Part shown: positions 32,448-43,181 of the stretch, piece by piece | Numbering within the stretch: the stretch's first letter is position 1 | Layout: each line of letters opens with the position of its first letter | DNA from: Candidatus Obscuribacteraceae bacterium | GTDB lineage: Bacteria > Cyanobacteriota > Vampirovibrionia > Obscuribacterales > Obscuribacteraceae | Length of the DNA: 64,000 bases | Assembly (NCBI GenBank): GCA_044226015.1 | Contig: JBGAHS010000001.1 | Span: forward strand, 1 to 64,000 | Direction: 5' to 3' | The notes under the pieces: generated by a model | Database searches by the model: none | Seen by the model: only the letters and a program-made list of their open reading frames with translations | Told to the model about the DNA's origin: nothing | Program-made: the position numbers and the translations under genes

Positions 32448-34682
32448 ATGGAAAGATTGACAGAATCTAACCTTCTGCAAGACCTGAGTAAAGATAACAG
32501 CACGTCGACATGGTTGGCAGAGAATGTTCTGCATCCATTCATTAATGGGACAGGTGCTGTTCAAATCTATAACAATTTTGCAAAGGAAAAAGTAGGACCG
32601 GCTTATGTGCCGACGGCAAAAACACTAAGTACCGATTGGGCAGTGCACACGCTCGCATCTGCAAGCGGTGCCGCAGTGACCTATGCCGTAGTTGGTAAAG
32701 TTGCTGGAGCTGGAATGGGGGCTCTTAGCTCAAATCTAGGCTTTGAAGGTACAGCTGCTAAATTCATGAACAGTCAGGCTGCCGCCAACATGGTAGGCGC
32801 TGGTCTCTTCGATTTAGCGAAAGCTCCGAATCCTGGTGAAACGAGAATCGGCAATGCCGCAGGTTCCGTTGCAGCATTCGGTGCTTTTGCTGTAGGAAAC
32901 AAAATGTTGGGCAGCTCGGCTATGTTTGCCGAGAACGCCTTGACGCGCGGTTTAGGTCGTGTAGCTGTAGGCGCAGCAGGCGGATTGACCGGGCTTGAAG
33001 TTGGTCATTTTGTATCTAGCAAACTAGGCGCAAATGATGCAGCTTTGACCTGGGATGACCGCTTCAGAGCTATGGCATCAGGTGGCTTCGTAAACTTTGC
33101 TTTGCCACCGATGCAACAAAAACTTGGAGAGATGGTTCAGGCTGCCAGAAATGCTAAGCCTTTCAGTATGACGATGTCTGCTGAGAGAGAAGCTGAGTTG
33201 ATGAAGCAGGCTGTCGAAGGCACCATCAGCGATGCTGATTTGCCTGCCCTGCAAGCGCGCAGTGACGCCAAGCAACTCGTGAGAATGGCTTTTGGCGGAA
33301 ACAAGGATGCCGCAGCGTTAGAAGCCAGTGGAGACTTGCCGAAGGTTATTCTTCTCAAGCAACAATTTGACCCGGCCGCCAGGCAAGCGCAGATGGAAAT
33401 GGTTGCTGGAGAACTCGCCCGATTCATGAATGGAGCGAAGCAATCATTACATGGAGCAGTCTACGATTTCAGATTGACGAATCCCAAAGTTGAGAAACTG
33501 GTATTGGATGCCTTGAACAGTCGTGCTGACAATAATGTCGACGTGAAACTTGCCTTCTTCAAGCCGAATGCAAAACCTGCCGATGCTGCTGCACAAGACG
33601 GTGGTGTAGCCAAGCCAAACAGCTCTGGTGCGGCGACAGACGCAACACCAAAGGCTAGCCCGAGAACTATGCCCGAAGTGCCAGCGCCTGAGTTAGATGC
33701 ACGGGGACCTTCTCCTGAGTTTCTTGCCAAGTTGAGTCCAAAGATTCAAACTATGACCCTGACTGAGGCTATTCCTGTTGCTAAGAATGGCTCAGCACCT
33801 GAACTTGCAGGCAATGACGGAATTAGCATTGCTAGCAATCTTCCGAAAAACGTCAACAAGGTAATTGATGTTCAAAAGGGAAATCTCGATGGACTTGGCA
33901 AAGATGTAGGTGTGAATGGTATTACAGGTGGTGGACACCTGATGCACAACAAATACTTTGTGCGTGATGCTGGAACCCCAGATGCGGCAATATGGACAGG
34001 CTCGACGAATATTACTGACTCTGCATTCGGTAACCAGGACAACAACATCATTCAGATTCGTTCTGAAAAATTGGCTGGAGTCTACGAGAAAAACTTCAAC
34101 GAACTCTGGACAAAAGGTGAAATCAAAGGAACAGGCAAAGATGGTCATGCTACTGTACAAGTTGGCGACAGCACTGTAACAGTCGCATTCTCGCCCGGTG
34201 ACGGGAAATTCATCGATGCACAGTTTGCCGATAGAATCAAAGGCATGGAACAGGTTCATATAGCCTCCATGGTAATCTCGTCGAAAGATATTCTTCAGGC
34301 GCTGGCCGACAAGATATCCGAAGGGCGGGTAGTAACAGGTGTTTATGATGGACCTCAGATGGCGAATGTAGCGCGCGCATGGGGCAATTCGCAAAATCCT
34401 GAGAGTGCTGAGAAATTGAAGTTATGGAATGAGGTAAAGGCGAATCTTGTGCGCAAGAACTCCCACCCATATTCTCCAGAAGGACCGCACGATTACATGC
34501 ATAACAAGACGGTTACCGACGGCAAGGTTGTTTTGACTGGCAGTTTCAACCTCTCTAGCAATGCACGTTCAAATGCCGAAAATATGCTGGTTGTTGAGAA
34601 TTCAACAGTGGCTACTCAGTACAAGAATTACATTGATGATCTGGTCAAGACTTATGGAAGCAGGAAGCTAGCGGAGAAATAA
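32448..34682 (+). CDS. Phospholipase D/nuclease (HKD) superfamily protein with an N-terminal Gly/Ala-rich hydrophobic domain
   Basis: HNKYFVRD...TGSTN and HNKTVTDG...TGSFN. Confidence 0.88.
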   Translation: MERLTESNLLQDLSKDNSTSTWLAENVLHPFINGTGAVQIYNNFAKEKVGPAYVPTAKTLSTDWAVHTLASASGAAVTYAVVGKVAGAGMGALSSNLGFEGTAAKFMNSQAAANMVGAGLFDLAKAPNPGETRIGNAAGSVAAFGAFAVGNKMLGSSAMFAENALTRGLGRVAVGAAGGLTGLEVGHFVSSKLGANDAALTWDDRFRAMASGGFVNFALPPMQQKLGEMVQAARNAKPFSMTMSAEREAELMKQAVEGTISDADLPALQARSDAKQLVRMAFGGNKDAAALEASGDLPKVILLKQQFDPAARQAQMEMVAGELARFMNGAKQSLHGAVYDFRLTNPKVEKLVLDALNSRADNNVDVKLAFFKPNAKPADAAAQDGGVAKPNSSGAATDATPKASPRTMPEVPAPELDARGPSPEFLAKLSPKIQTMTLTEAIPVAKNGSAPELAGNDGISIASNLPKNVNKVIDVQKGNLDGLGKDVGVNGITGGGHLMHNKYFVRDAGTPDAAIWTGSTNITDSAFGNQDNNIIQIRSEKLAGVYEKNFNELWTKGEIKGTGKDGHATVQVGDSTVTVAFSPGDGKFIDAQFADRIKGMEQVHIASMVISSKDILQALADKISEGRVVTGVYDGPQMANVARAWGNSQNPESAEKLKLWNEVKANLVRKNSHPYSPEGPHDYMHNKTVTDGKVVLTGSFNLSSNARSNAENMLVVENSTVATQYKNYIDDLVKTYGSRKLAEK

Positions 34683-34695
34683 ACCAGAGGCAATC

Positions 34696-36618
34696 TTGGA
34701 AAAACTCATTGGCGATTATAAGTTAGATCCGCCCAGCGACGACAATCGAAGCTGGTTGGTTGATAACGTCTTTCACCCATTCGCCAATGGAACTGGGCTG
34801 ATTCAAGTTTATGACACTATTGCGAATAAGCCTCTCGACTTATACAAAATTCCAGAGGCGAAAACTTTCAGTACCGATTGGTGCGTTCAAGCAGTTTCCT
34901 CTGCTGCGGGAGCGGTGGTCCCTTTTGTAGTGGCCGGTAAGGTTACAGGCTTAGGAATGCGTTCCTTAAGTGATAAATTTGCTGCTCAAGGTCTGACGGC
35001 AAAATTTCTCGCGAATGAATCTGCTGCACAAGTACTGGGTGCTGGCTTATACTCGTTTGCGCAAAAGCCAGCAGATGGGCAATCTCGATTGACTGCTGCG
35101 ACTACTACAATGGCCGGATTCGCTTTCTTTTCTGCTGGTAATGCGGTTATGGAAAGGGCTCTTCCTGCGTTAAGCAGCAACATTAGTGCTTCCCTTCTGA
35201 AAGGTGCAGGACGCTTTGCTGTGGGCGCTTCTGCGGGGCTTGGCTCCTATGAGATTGGAAACTATGTCAACGGTTTACAGGGCATTAAACACGAGTCAAA
35301 CTGGAACGAACGGTTTCAGGCAATGGCGAATGGTGGCTTTGTTAATGTGGCATTGCCTGTAATGCAAGAAAGAATTGGAAAGCTTATCGACAGTGCTGCA
35401 GAAGCACGCCAATCACGCACTGAGGAAGTTCATTTGAGCAAAGGTACGGGAGAACCGAATAAAGATCGCGTTGCCAGTCTTGCAATCTCTGAGCGCCAAC
35501 TTCGGCGCGCTATGCTCGATGCCACTGATTCTAAGGGCATTGTGGATGCAACAGCGAGCTATGAAAAGTGGGCGGCGAGCCAAATCAAACTATTGCCGGA
35601 AGACTTAGCTAAGAAGCATTCTGAAATGGCTGATAGCCCCTTCAAGTTTTTGCGTGGTTCTTATTACCGCTGGGCTGAGAAGTTTCCAGAACAATTGCCA
35701 GAATTGGCTCAAGCGCCAAAAGTAAATTCTATTGGAGATCTCCACATTGAGAATTTCGGAACATGGACCGATAAAAAGGGGCGCACTATTTGGGGTGTCA
35801 ACGATTTTGATGAAGCATACAAGCTTCCATACACAAATGATTTAGTGCGCTTGCTCACCAGCGCCAATCTGCTTAAACAATCAGGTGGAATGAAGCTCAG
35901 TCTGAAAGACGCTGCTGATGCTGTTCTTGATGGATACACACGCGCGATGAAGGATGGAGGCGAGGCTTTCGTTCTTTCTGGGAAAGACTCAAAATTGAGC
36001 GACCTGGCAAAGCAGCAGGCTCCGGACTCAGCAAAGTTCTGGCGTAAACTGGAAGAACAGGTCGCAAAACGCCCAGCTAGCGATGTTTCTGCACAAGCGA
36101 CAGCCGCGCTCAAATCAATATTGCCAGATGCACAATTGCATGATTTGCGAATTGGTCAACGGCAGGCTGGAGTTGGAAGTCTCGGGCGTGAACGATATGC
36201 GGCTCTTGCAACTGTTGATGCTAAGCCAGTTGCGGCTGAAGTGAAAGCACTGTTGCCCTCCGCCAATTCATTCGTTGCCGGCAAGAAGGAAGGCAGCTTT
36301 TACACGGAAATTTTGAGTCAAGCTGTTCGTGAGCCTGATCCACTTGTGAAGGTTAGCGATTCTTGGGTGGCACGTAGTCTGTCGCCAACAAGATATCGCA
36401 TCGAATTGTCAGAACTCACGCATGCAAAAGCGGAGTCCGATCTCTTATGGGCTATGGGTTACGAAGCTGGTAATATTCATCTGGGAAGCAAAGGCGCCGC
36501 GCCGACTATTCTTAGTGACCTTGCGAATCGAAATCCTGACTGGCTTGTTGATGCTGCAAAAGTAATGACAAAGAGTACAATTGATGACCAGTCTGCTTGG
36601 AAGGCAAATCAAAAATAA
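34696..36618 (+). CDS. DUF2252-like (kinase-fold) protein with the same N-terminal hydrophobic domain
   Basis: MADSPFKFLRGS, GDLHIENFG, WGVNDFDEA and GVGSLGR; TTG start after AGAGG. Confidence 0.82.
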   Translation: MEKLIGDYKLDPPSDDNRSWLVDNVFHPFANGTGLIQVYDTIANKPLDLYKIPEAKTFSTDWCVQAVSSAAGAVVPFVVAGKVTGLGMRSLSDKFAAQGLTAKFLANESAAQVLGAGLYSFAQKPADGQSRLTAATTTMAGFAFFSAGNAVMERALPALSSNISASLLKGAGRFAVGASAGLGSYEIGNYVNGLQGIKHESNWNERFQAMANGGFVNVALPVMQERIGKLIDSAAEARQSRTEEVHLSKGTGEPNKDRVASLAISERQLRRAMLDATDSKGIVDATASYEKWAASQIKLLPEDLAKKHSEMADSPFKFLRGSYYRWAEKFPEQLPELAQAPKVNSIGDLHIENFGTWTDKKGRTIWGVNDFDEAYKLPYTNDLVRLLTSANLLKQSGGMKLSLKDAADAVLDGYTRAMKDGGEAFVLSGKDSKLSDLAKQQAPDSAKFWRKLEEQVAKRPASDVSAQATAALKSILPDAQLHDLRIGQRQAGVGSLGRERYAALATVDAKPVAAEVKALLPSANSFVAGKKEGSFYTEILSQAVREPDPLVKVSDSWVARSLSPTRYRIELSELTHAKAESDLLWAMGYEAGNIHLGSKGAAPTILSDLANRNPDWLVDAAKVMTKSTIDDQSAWKANQK

Positions 36619-38598
36619 TTGATGCTGACAATCGGTTCAATCTTCGACGAACGCTATCAAATCGACTCATTTCTAGGTGCAGGTGGCTTCGGTTCTGTTT
36701 ACAAGGCTACTGAACTGGCACTGAATAGAACGGTTGCTATAAAGTTATTGCATGCTTGGGATGAACATGAAGTGCGTCCAGATTCTCTCGCTCGATTTCA
36801 GCGTGAGGCGCAAGCCTTATGTCAGCTAGAGTATCAGAACATTCTGAAGGTCTACCGGCTGGGGCTCGATGAACACACACCATTTCTGGTGCTCGAGTAC
36901 TTTCCAGGTATCTCATTAAGGCAATTGATTGTGGAGAAAGCTCCACTCAACTATCGGTTCGCCTGCAATATAGCACTGAAAATTGCAGAAGCGCTTAAAT
37001 ACTCTCACGCTGCTGGTGTCATTCATCGGGATTTGAAGCCTGAAAATGTCTTGTTGGTTCCTGATTTTGACAAAGACACTGCAGAACTAAAAATTATTGA
37101 TTTTGGTTTGTGTAAGCCTGAAATTGTTCCAACAGCTGGAGCCTCAACGTTAACAGGAACGGGCGAGCTTCTTGGTAGTCCTGATTACATGAGCCCTGAG
37201 CAGGCACTTGGAAAAAAAGTCGACAAGAAAACCGACCTTTATTCTTTCGCGCTGATGTTTTTTGAAATGATAACTGGTGAAAAGCCTTTCAAAGCCGCTT
37301 CTATAGCCGAACTCTTGATGCAAAGGCTCAGCGTCAAGGTGCCACGTATTTTAGATTTGAATCCGCGATGTCAATTTCCTGCGTCAATTGATGCACTTAT
37401 TCAATCTTGCGCTGCAATCAATGTGGATGATCGACCGGATAGTTTCGATGAGGTTGTGGAAGAGCTGCAAGAGGCAATAAAGACGGTTCCGCTTGCAAGT
37501 TATTCTGCTGGCGCTGGTGCGGCAAAAAGTGGGCGACAAGTTTTATGGAAGAATGCATCGCTAGGAATTTTGCTATTGCTGATTGTTTCGCTGGGAAGCT
37601 TTTTCGGGCTTACAATTTTTAAGAGCGCTACGGTAATAAAGCCCGAGGGGCTTCGAAGAAGTCTGGCAAACAAAATAGAATCGTCTATTCGCAACGGGAA
37701 ATTAGAGGAAGCCAGAAGCGAACTCAAAAACTTTATGACAGCGACGAAACTCGATGCTTGGACATCGATTCAACGTGCCGACTTTTATTATGAGATGTTT
37801 CATTTGTTTAGTGCTGCAGATGACCAGACAACAAGCAAGCAAATGGTTCTGGGTTATCTTAAAGCAAGGTTTGCTCCGCCGACAAACCCTGCTTATCTAG
37901 ATGAGCAAAGTGAAAAACAAGTCAGCGAAATTTATGCATGGATATTCAATCCGCAAACCCACCTGGACAGAAAATTCTGGGCTTCATTGTACGCAGACTT
38001 GTGTCGTTTGGACTTCAGGGATTTGCACTCTCGTGTGGCGATTTATATTGAGGAAATCGTGACTGAGGCACTTATTAACGGAAGGGCAAATCCTCAAGCT
38101 GAGCAGCGATATTATTATCTCAAAGAGCTTTCTTCACTCATAATGGCTGCTGACTTGCATGACTGTGAGGACTTATATAAGAGGTACTGCAAGAGAGCTT
38201 TAGCAGCCTGTCATTTTCCAGGTGTCTACAGATTTGAAGCAAGAATTCTTGGGCTAATGGTGAATCACGAACTCAAGAGAAAAAACTTGGAGTTGGCAGA
38301 GGAATATATGAAAAAGAGCAATGCTATCCAAGAGCGCTTACGTAGTAACGAAGACCAACTTGAACTCAAGACTTCTTATCAAGCCAGACTTTACGAAACC
38401 GAAATTGAGTTGTGTAATGCAAAAGCCGCAAAATTCAGAGAGCAAGGTCGTGAGGCTGAAGCTAAACAAGAAGAGCGGAAAGCGAAAAAGCTACATCAAA
38501 CATCTACTGCAATGTTGCACGATGTGCAGGAAGAAGAAGATGCATTGCATGCAACTTTTGACCCCATGTACATGGAAGACAAGTCCGCAAAAAATTGA
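36619..38598 (+). CDS. Hanks-type Ser/Thr kinase with a TM helix and a helical C-terminal domain
   Basis: GAGGFGSVY, HRDLKPEN, DFG and YMSPEQ; directly abuts the upstream stop. Confidence 0.92.
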   Translation: MMLTIGSIFDERYQIDSFLGAGGFGSVYKATELALNRTVAIKLLHAWDEHEVRPDSLARFQREAQALCQLEYQNILKVYRLGLDEHTPFLVLEYFPGISLRQLIVEKAPLNYRFACNIALKIAEALKYSHAAGVIHRDLKPENVLLVPDFDKDTAELKIIDFGLCKPEIVPTAGASTLTGTGELLGSPDYMSPEQALGKKVDKKTDLYSFALMFFEMITGEKPFKAASIAELLMQRLSVKVPRILDLNPRCQFPASIDALIQSCAAINVDDRPDSFDEVVEELQEAIKTVPLASYSAGAGAAKSGRQVLWKNASLGILLLLIVSLGSFFGLTIFKSATVIKPEGLRRSLANKIESSIRNGKLEEARSELKNFMTATKLDAWTSIQRADFYYEMFHLFSAADDQTTSKQMVLGYLKARFAPPTNPAYLDEQSEKQVSEIYAWIFNPQTHLDRKFWASLYADLCRLDFRDLHSRVAIYIEEIVTEALINGRANPQAEQRYYYLKELSSLIMAADLHDCEDLYKRYCKRALAACHFPGVYRFEARILGLMVNHELKRKNLELAEEYMKKSNAIQERLRSNEDQLELKTSYQARLYETEIELCNAKAAKFREQGREAEAKQEERKAKKLHQTSTAMLHDVQEEEDALHATFDPMYMEDKSAKN

Positions 38599-38778
38599 TT
38601 TTTTGTAAGCTCTGTTACAGGGTTGTTTGCCTGCGTGTCGCGAGATGTCTTACAAGTTAAGGCTTCTTTGAGCAAGGTGCATTTACCAGTTCAAGCTAAA
38701 GAGCCCAAATTCTTCGACACGGTGATTCGGCGTCGGCATTCAAACAGCTAGCGTTATCAAACTCCTTTTGGGATTGAG

Positions 38779-40035
38779 CTATGCCCGTATAATGTCGGAG
38801 AGGCTCTTATCGCCAAGCTTGAAACTTGGAAAAATGCTATCAAGCTGGGCTTGAGACAGATGCAAATGTTCTCCGATGATTGAGCCAACAACAGAGCGAA
38901 AATCAGTCGTCACTGGCAGGTCGCGTCCCTCATATAATTCGTTTTGCGCAACACCGTTCCATTTGCCGTACAGCTTGCCACCATTCACTTTGCCACCAAG
39001 TAGCCAGATAGCATTGCCGTGTCCGTGGTCGGTACCGCCGTTTCCATTCTCTTTCACGGTTCGACCAAATTCAGACATTACCATAATCATAGTTTTGTCG
39101 AAGCTCGGTCCGAGTCCTGTAGCTAACTCGGAGAGTCCTTTGCCGAGAACAGTAAGTTGATTTGCCAGTGAACCTTTGTCGTTGCCTTGGTTAACGTGCG
39201 TGTCGAATCCACCGAGAGCAACGAATGCTACTTGAACCTTGGGTTCTTGATTGATCAAGCGTCCGAGTTGTCTACCGAAGCCCCCAAATTTATTAGCTGG
39301 AATGGCGCCTCCGTTGGCTGCCTGCATTTCTCTGTCCATCTCGGAGGATGAGTTGAGCGCACTGCTTATGGTGGCTCGAGCTTCCAGTCCCTCTTCAAAA
39401 GCTTTCTCTAATTCATCTTTTCGCCCTATGTACATCTGTCTGAACTCTGAGGCGATTTCCTCGTGGTCCATTGCGGTCATTCTGCGATTTTTGCTTGGTG
39501 CATAGGTCGCAGGGGCTACTGGTCCCTGAAGAATTCTCGGTGTAGTTGCGCCAATGTTTATTGCGCGCACGGGTGAGCCATTGTTTGGCAATTGTGTAAG
39601 AAGTCGATCGAGCCACCCTGTACTGCAGACTTTGGTTCCGGGCATGCCGCTTTCCATGTAATCTTGGGCATCAAAATGCGAACGCGTAGGGTCTGGAGAG
39701 CCTGAATTCAGCACGAAAGCGAGGTTTTTGCTCTTCCAAAATGGCAACAATGGCTCAAGGACGGGATGCAAACCGAAATCGCTGTCGAGAGCAAGTGCAC
39801 CGCCAGCGGTGCCTGGTTTGGGTATGGCGATTTTGTTTCTTACTGAGTAATATTTGTCATCTCCGTAAGGCACAACAGCACTTAGACCGTCGAGCGCTCC
39901 TCGCAAAAATACCACCACAAGCTTATTGCCATTGTTCTTCTCAGTGCCAGAGTTGGCAGCCCATGCCCCGAATTCGGGTAGAAGATAGGAGAGTGATGCC
40001 ATAGAAGCTGCTTTCAAAAACTCACGTCTGTCCAT
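38779..40035 (-). CDS. DUF1501 family protein with a Tat signal
   Basis: DRREFLK, LRGALDGL, RSHFDAQ, GGFDTH, SEFGRT and GTDHG. Confidence 0.92.
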   Translation of the reverse strand: MDRREFLKAASMASLSYLLPEFGAWAANSGTEKNNGNKLVVVFLRGALDGLSAVVPYGDDKYYSVRNKIAIPKPGTAGGALALDSDFGLHPVLEPLLPFWKSKNLAFVLNSGSPDPTRSHFDAQDYMESGMPGTKVCSTGWLDRLLTQLPNNGSPVRAINIGATTPRILQGPVAPATYAPSKNRRMTAMDHEEIASEFRQMYIGRKDELEKAFEEGLEARATISSALNSSSEMDREMQAANGGAIPANKFGGFGRQLGRLINQEPKVQVAFVALGGFDTHVNQGNDKGSLANQLTVLGKGLSELATGLGPSFDKTMIMVMSEFGRTVKENGNGGTDHGHGNAIWLLGGKVNGGKLYGKWNGVAQNELYEGRDLPVTTDFRSVVGSIIGEHLHLSQAQLDSIFPSFKLGDKSLSDIIRA

Positions 40036-40045
40036 GTCTGTCTCC

Positions 40046-41920
40046 TTAGTACTTCATGAATTCAGGGCTGCCTAGCAGGAGTGAAATCCGCAAGCGCTCT
40101 GGCGATTTCATCACAGCGTCAATGGTTCGGTCTGATAGTGACGGTCCAATGCAATCAGCAAGTTTTGTTGGGTCACTCAGTGCTGGTCTAACCCCTGGGA
40201 ATCGTCCGGCACCATAAGCGGTGGCGAAATTGAGTCGGTTTATTAGATTGTCCGGGTTCAGCCATGCATCTTTTGTGTTTTTGTATCCATCGGGAGTAAG
40301 GCATTTGTACAGAGGCATTCCTAGCTGTGCAAGAAGCCCAGTGCTTGGTTGCAGGTTCTCTATTTCGGCGTCAGTTGCTCGAAGGCTTGAGATTAGATAT
40401 CTGTATGGAGATTTAAATTTCGCATTCAGGGCTTTTGCATCCCAGAACTCTGGGCTATGCAGAAGCGTCCCCATAAGCTCAGCAATATCTCCATCAGTCT
40501 GTGTGAATTTTTGGCTGAGTCTATCCACCAGGGACGCCGGAGGGTTATCGCTCACGAAGTATTGCGCTAATTGATAGCTGATGTGACGAGCTGTAGATGG
40601 ATGTTTTGCGAGAATGTCGAGGACTTCTTCAATTTCAACAGCACCTTTTCCCTCAATCTTGTGACCTACCACAACTTTCTCGCCGAAATCGTGTCTGCTT
40701 TGATCAAAATATGAACCAAATCGGTCATTCAAGATTGTTGCGGGAAGAGGACCGTTTTGTGCCTGCATCATCATTTTGGGTTCATCGTTTTGCATAGCGT
40801 TGTTAGCGTGAAACTCGCCAGCACCACTGGTACTTTGTCCGTCTTGCCTTCGACCACCTCTTAATTGGTTTCTGCCAGCAAGACCGCCGCCAGCAAGCCC
40901 TCTAACAGCCCGGCCCTGTGCACCAGCAAATTGGCGCTGGCTTAGTTGACGCTGCATCATAGCCAGTCGCTGGGCCTTATTGTTATTGCCGAAACCGCCC
41001 CCGGCTCCGGGCGGTAAACCAAGCCCTGTCAGAACCCGAGCTAATTCCTGCACATCCTTTTGAGTGTAGCCTCCATCAACTCCGAGAGTATGCAGTTCCA
41101 TCAGCTCTCTGGCGTAGTTTTCGTTGATACCCTTGAACTTTGCAGCATTTTTGTTTTTGTCTGGTGCGGCGTTGGCTGCTTCACCGGTTCTGCTGTGGGG
41201 GGCCGTGTTCTGCCAGTTGTCTAGATAAAACATCATTGCTGCGTGATGGGCTGTTGCGCCGAGCAAATCTCTAAACTTACCTAATGCGTAAGGGCGAATT
41301 GACTGTTCTTCGAATGAGCCCACCCAGAGATGGTCGAGATTTTTCTCTACTGAAATATTGAAATGGTTGTACCAGAAGTCTGTCATCACCTCTTGCAGTT
41401 GTGCGGGGCTTTCCACCGCTCGCCCTAATCTTGCACTTGAGGTTTCTTCGTACAGTTTGAAGTAATTGTCGTGCAAGGCCTTTTGGACCGCTTTTTTATC
41501 TTCTTGCTTATCACTCTGACCCTTTTCGGCAATCGCTTTGAGTGCTGGGCGCCCGTATGTTAAAAAGAGTCGCGCAGGTGTTTCTTGCAGTGCTGAAACC
41601 TGGCTGAGTCGTTTGACCTTATCTGGCAGCGTAATTGATTGAGGATGGAGCTGCTCGTTGATGTAGGCTTCCACTCCTTCCGATTTGAGTTTCTCAAGGT
41701 CGCCTGGTGCAGGTCCGAAGCTTATTCGATTTAATAGATGAAGGAGTTGTTGATTTGAGTAAGTCTTGTTCTGTGTCTGTTCTGAACTTGCCAGCTTCGT
41801 TTTTTGTTCATGCTGCTTCGTTCCTGGGGTAGCGTTGACGCATTGGAGGCATAGAATGGGAGAGATAGACAAAGATAGAGCACTAACGGCCAGTCCAAAT
41901 TTCTTAAATTGGGAATTCAT
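40046..41920 (-). CDS. DUF1800 family protein (likely start MNSQFKK at 41920)
   Basis: HLLNRISFG, FWYNHFN, YLDN, NENYARELMELHTLG and SPEF. Confidence 0.92.
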   Translation of the reverse strand: MNSQFKKFGLAVSALSLSISPILCLQCVNATPGTKQHEQKTKLASSEQTQNKTYSNQQLLHLLNRISFGPAPGDLEKLKSEGVEAYINEQLHPQSITLPDKVKRLSQVSALQETPARLFLTYGRPALKAIAEKGQSDKQEDKKAVQKALHDNYFKLYEETSSARLGRAVESPAQLQEVMTDFWYNHFNISVEKNLDHLWVGSFEEQSIRPYALGKFRDLLGATAHHAAMMFYLDNWQNTAPHSRTGEAANAAPDKNKNAAKFKGINENYARELMELHTLGVDGGYTQKDVQELARVLTGLGLPPGAGGGFGNNNKAQRLAMMQRQLSQRQFAGAQGRAVRGLAGGGLAGRNQLRGGRRQDGQSTSGAGEFHANNAMQNDEPKMMMQAQNGPLPATILNDRFGSYFDQSRHDFGEKVVVGHKIEGKGAVEIEEVLDILAKHPSTARHISYQLAQYFVSDNPPASLVDRLSQKFTQTDGDIAELMGTLLHSPEFWDAKALNAKFKSPYRYLISSLRATDAEIENLQPSTGLLAQLGMPLYKCLTPDGYKNTKDAWLNPDNLINRLNFATAYGAGRFPGVRPALSDPTKLADCIGPSLSDRTIDAVMKSPERLRISLLLGSPEFMKY

Positions 41921-42217
41921 ATTAAATGGGCACCTGCTGTTACCTGCTTCTAAGACGTCAATGGGAACAAAAAAGTTCAAAAATCTTACCGCAGTTTTAG
42001 TTAAAAGTTAGGACGAACGGCCATTTTTTGATCACGAGTTCTCTCAGATTAGCTTGCCTAGATGCTCGCCTGGGGAGAGCAACATTATGCGGCTTTGTTT
42101 CTTGCTTATTTTGTTAAATGTGGTGAAATGTTGAGAGTCGTCATTTCCATTTGGGAATTTGGTCGGTCGCAAGTCTTGATTGCTCTATAGGACACAAGAA
42201 TTCAGAGGTCATAGACA

Positions 42218-43069
42218 GTGTGTTGCAATCTTCCTTCCGTTAATCGGCTTCTGCTAGTCATTTTAGCTTTCGCATTAGCGCTTTCCTGCTCTAGCGCAAA
42301 ATCAGCTGAGGAAAATTTGAACGAGGCGAAGCAATCATCTAATAGTAGTTTGCAAAACAAAGACTCCGATATGAAGCTCGTTTTTGATTGCGAGTTTGAC
42401 AGCCCTGATGATCTAAATTTGTGGAACATTGACTCGCAATGGCAGAATTACAACAATGAGCAGCAAGCCTATGTCCCAGAGGCGTGCAAGGTAAAGGATG
42501 GCTGTTTGCATATCACTGCCGAAAAGCGTGATGTTGCAAATGACGGTAAAGTGAAGCCTTATGCCTCGGGCAAGATCACTACAAAGGCGAAATTTGAAAT
42601 TCAATATGGGCGCTTTGACATTCGTTTTAAGGTGCCTGCTGGGAAGGGGTATTGGCCTGCATTTTGGCTTTTGCCCGCCGCCGGAAACTGGCCCCCTGAA
42701 ATTGATTGGATGGAAATTCTTGGTGACAATCCAAACAAGATTTACACCACCCTGCACTATGGAGTCGTGAAGAAAGGAAAGCACAAGTCATTTGGACGCA
42801 GCTTCAAAGCTAGTTCTGACTTCGCATCTGAGTTTCATCAATTGTCTGGATTTTGGACAGAGCATAAAATTACTTGTTTTGTGGATAGCAAGAAAATCTT
42901 CGAAAGCAGGAGAAATGTGCCTCGTGAAAAAATGTACGTTATTGTGAATCTTGCGGTCGGTGGCGATTGGCCTGGAAATCCTGACGAGACCACTAAATTT
43001 CCCGGCGAGATGCTTGTTGATTATGTTCGTGTATATGGAATTGATCCTGCAACGAACGAGAAGCCTTAG
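42218..43069 (+). CDS. GH16 glycoside hydrolase (beta-glucanase/laminarinase-like)
   Basis: WPAFWLL, catalytic EIDWME, NLAVGGDWPG and VDYVRVY. Confidence 0.92.
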   Translation: MCCNLPSVNRLLLVILAFALALSCSSAKSAEENLNEAKQSSNSSLQNKDSDMKLVFDCEFDSPDDLNLWNIDSQWQNYNNEQQAYVPEACKVKDGCLHITAEKRDVANDGKVKPYASGKITTKAKFEIQYGRFDIRFKVPAGKGYWPAFWLLPAAGNWPPEIDWMEILGDNPNKIYTTLHYGVVKKGKHKSFGRSFKASSDFASEFHQLSGFWTEHKITCFVDSKKIFESRRNVPREKMYVIVNLAVGGDWPGNPDETTKFPGEMLVDYVRVYGIDPATNEKP

Positions 43070-43181
43070 GCAATGCAGTGCAATAAGTCAGGACCAGGGG
43101 ATGACGAAGGTGTGATGACAGTGCGATTAATTCGCAACATAATGTCTGTATTCTCGATTCTTACTAGGCTTTTCTTTCCAA

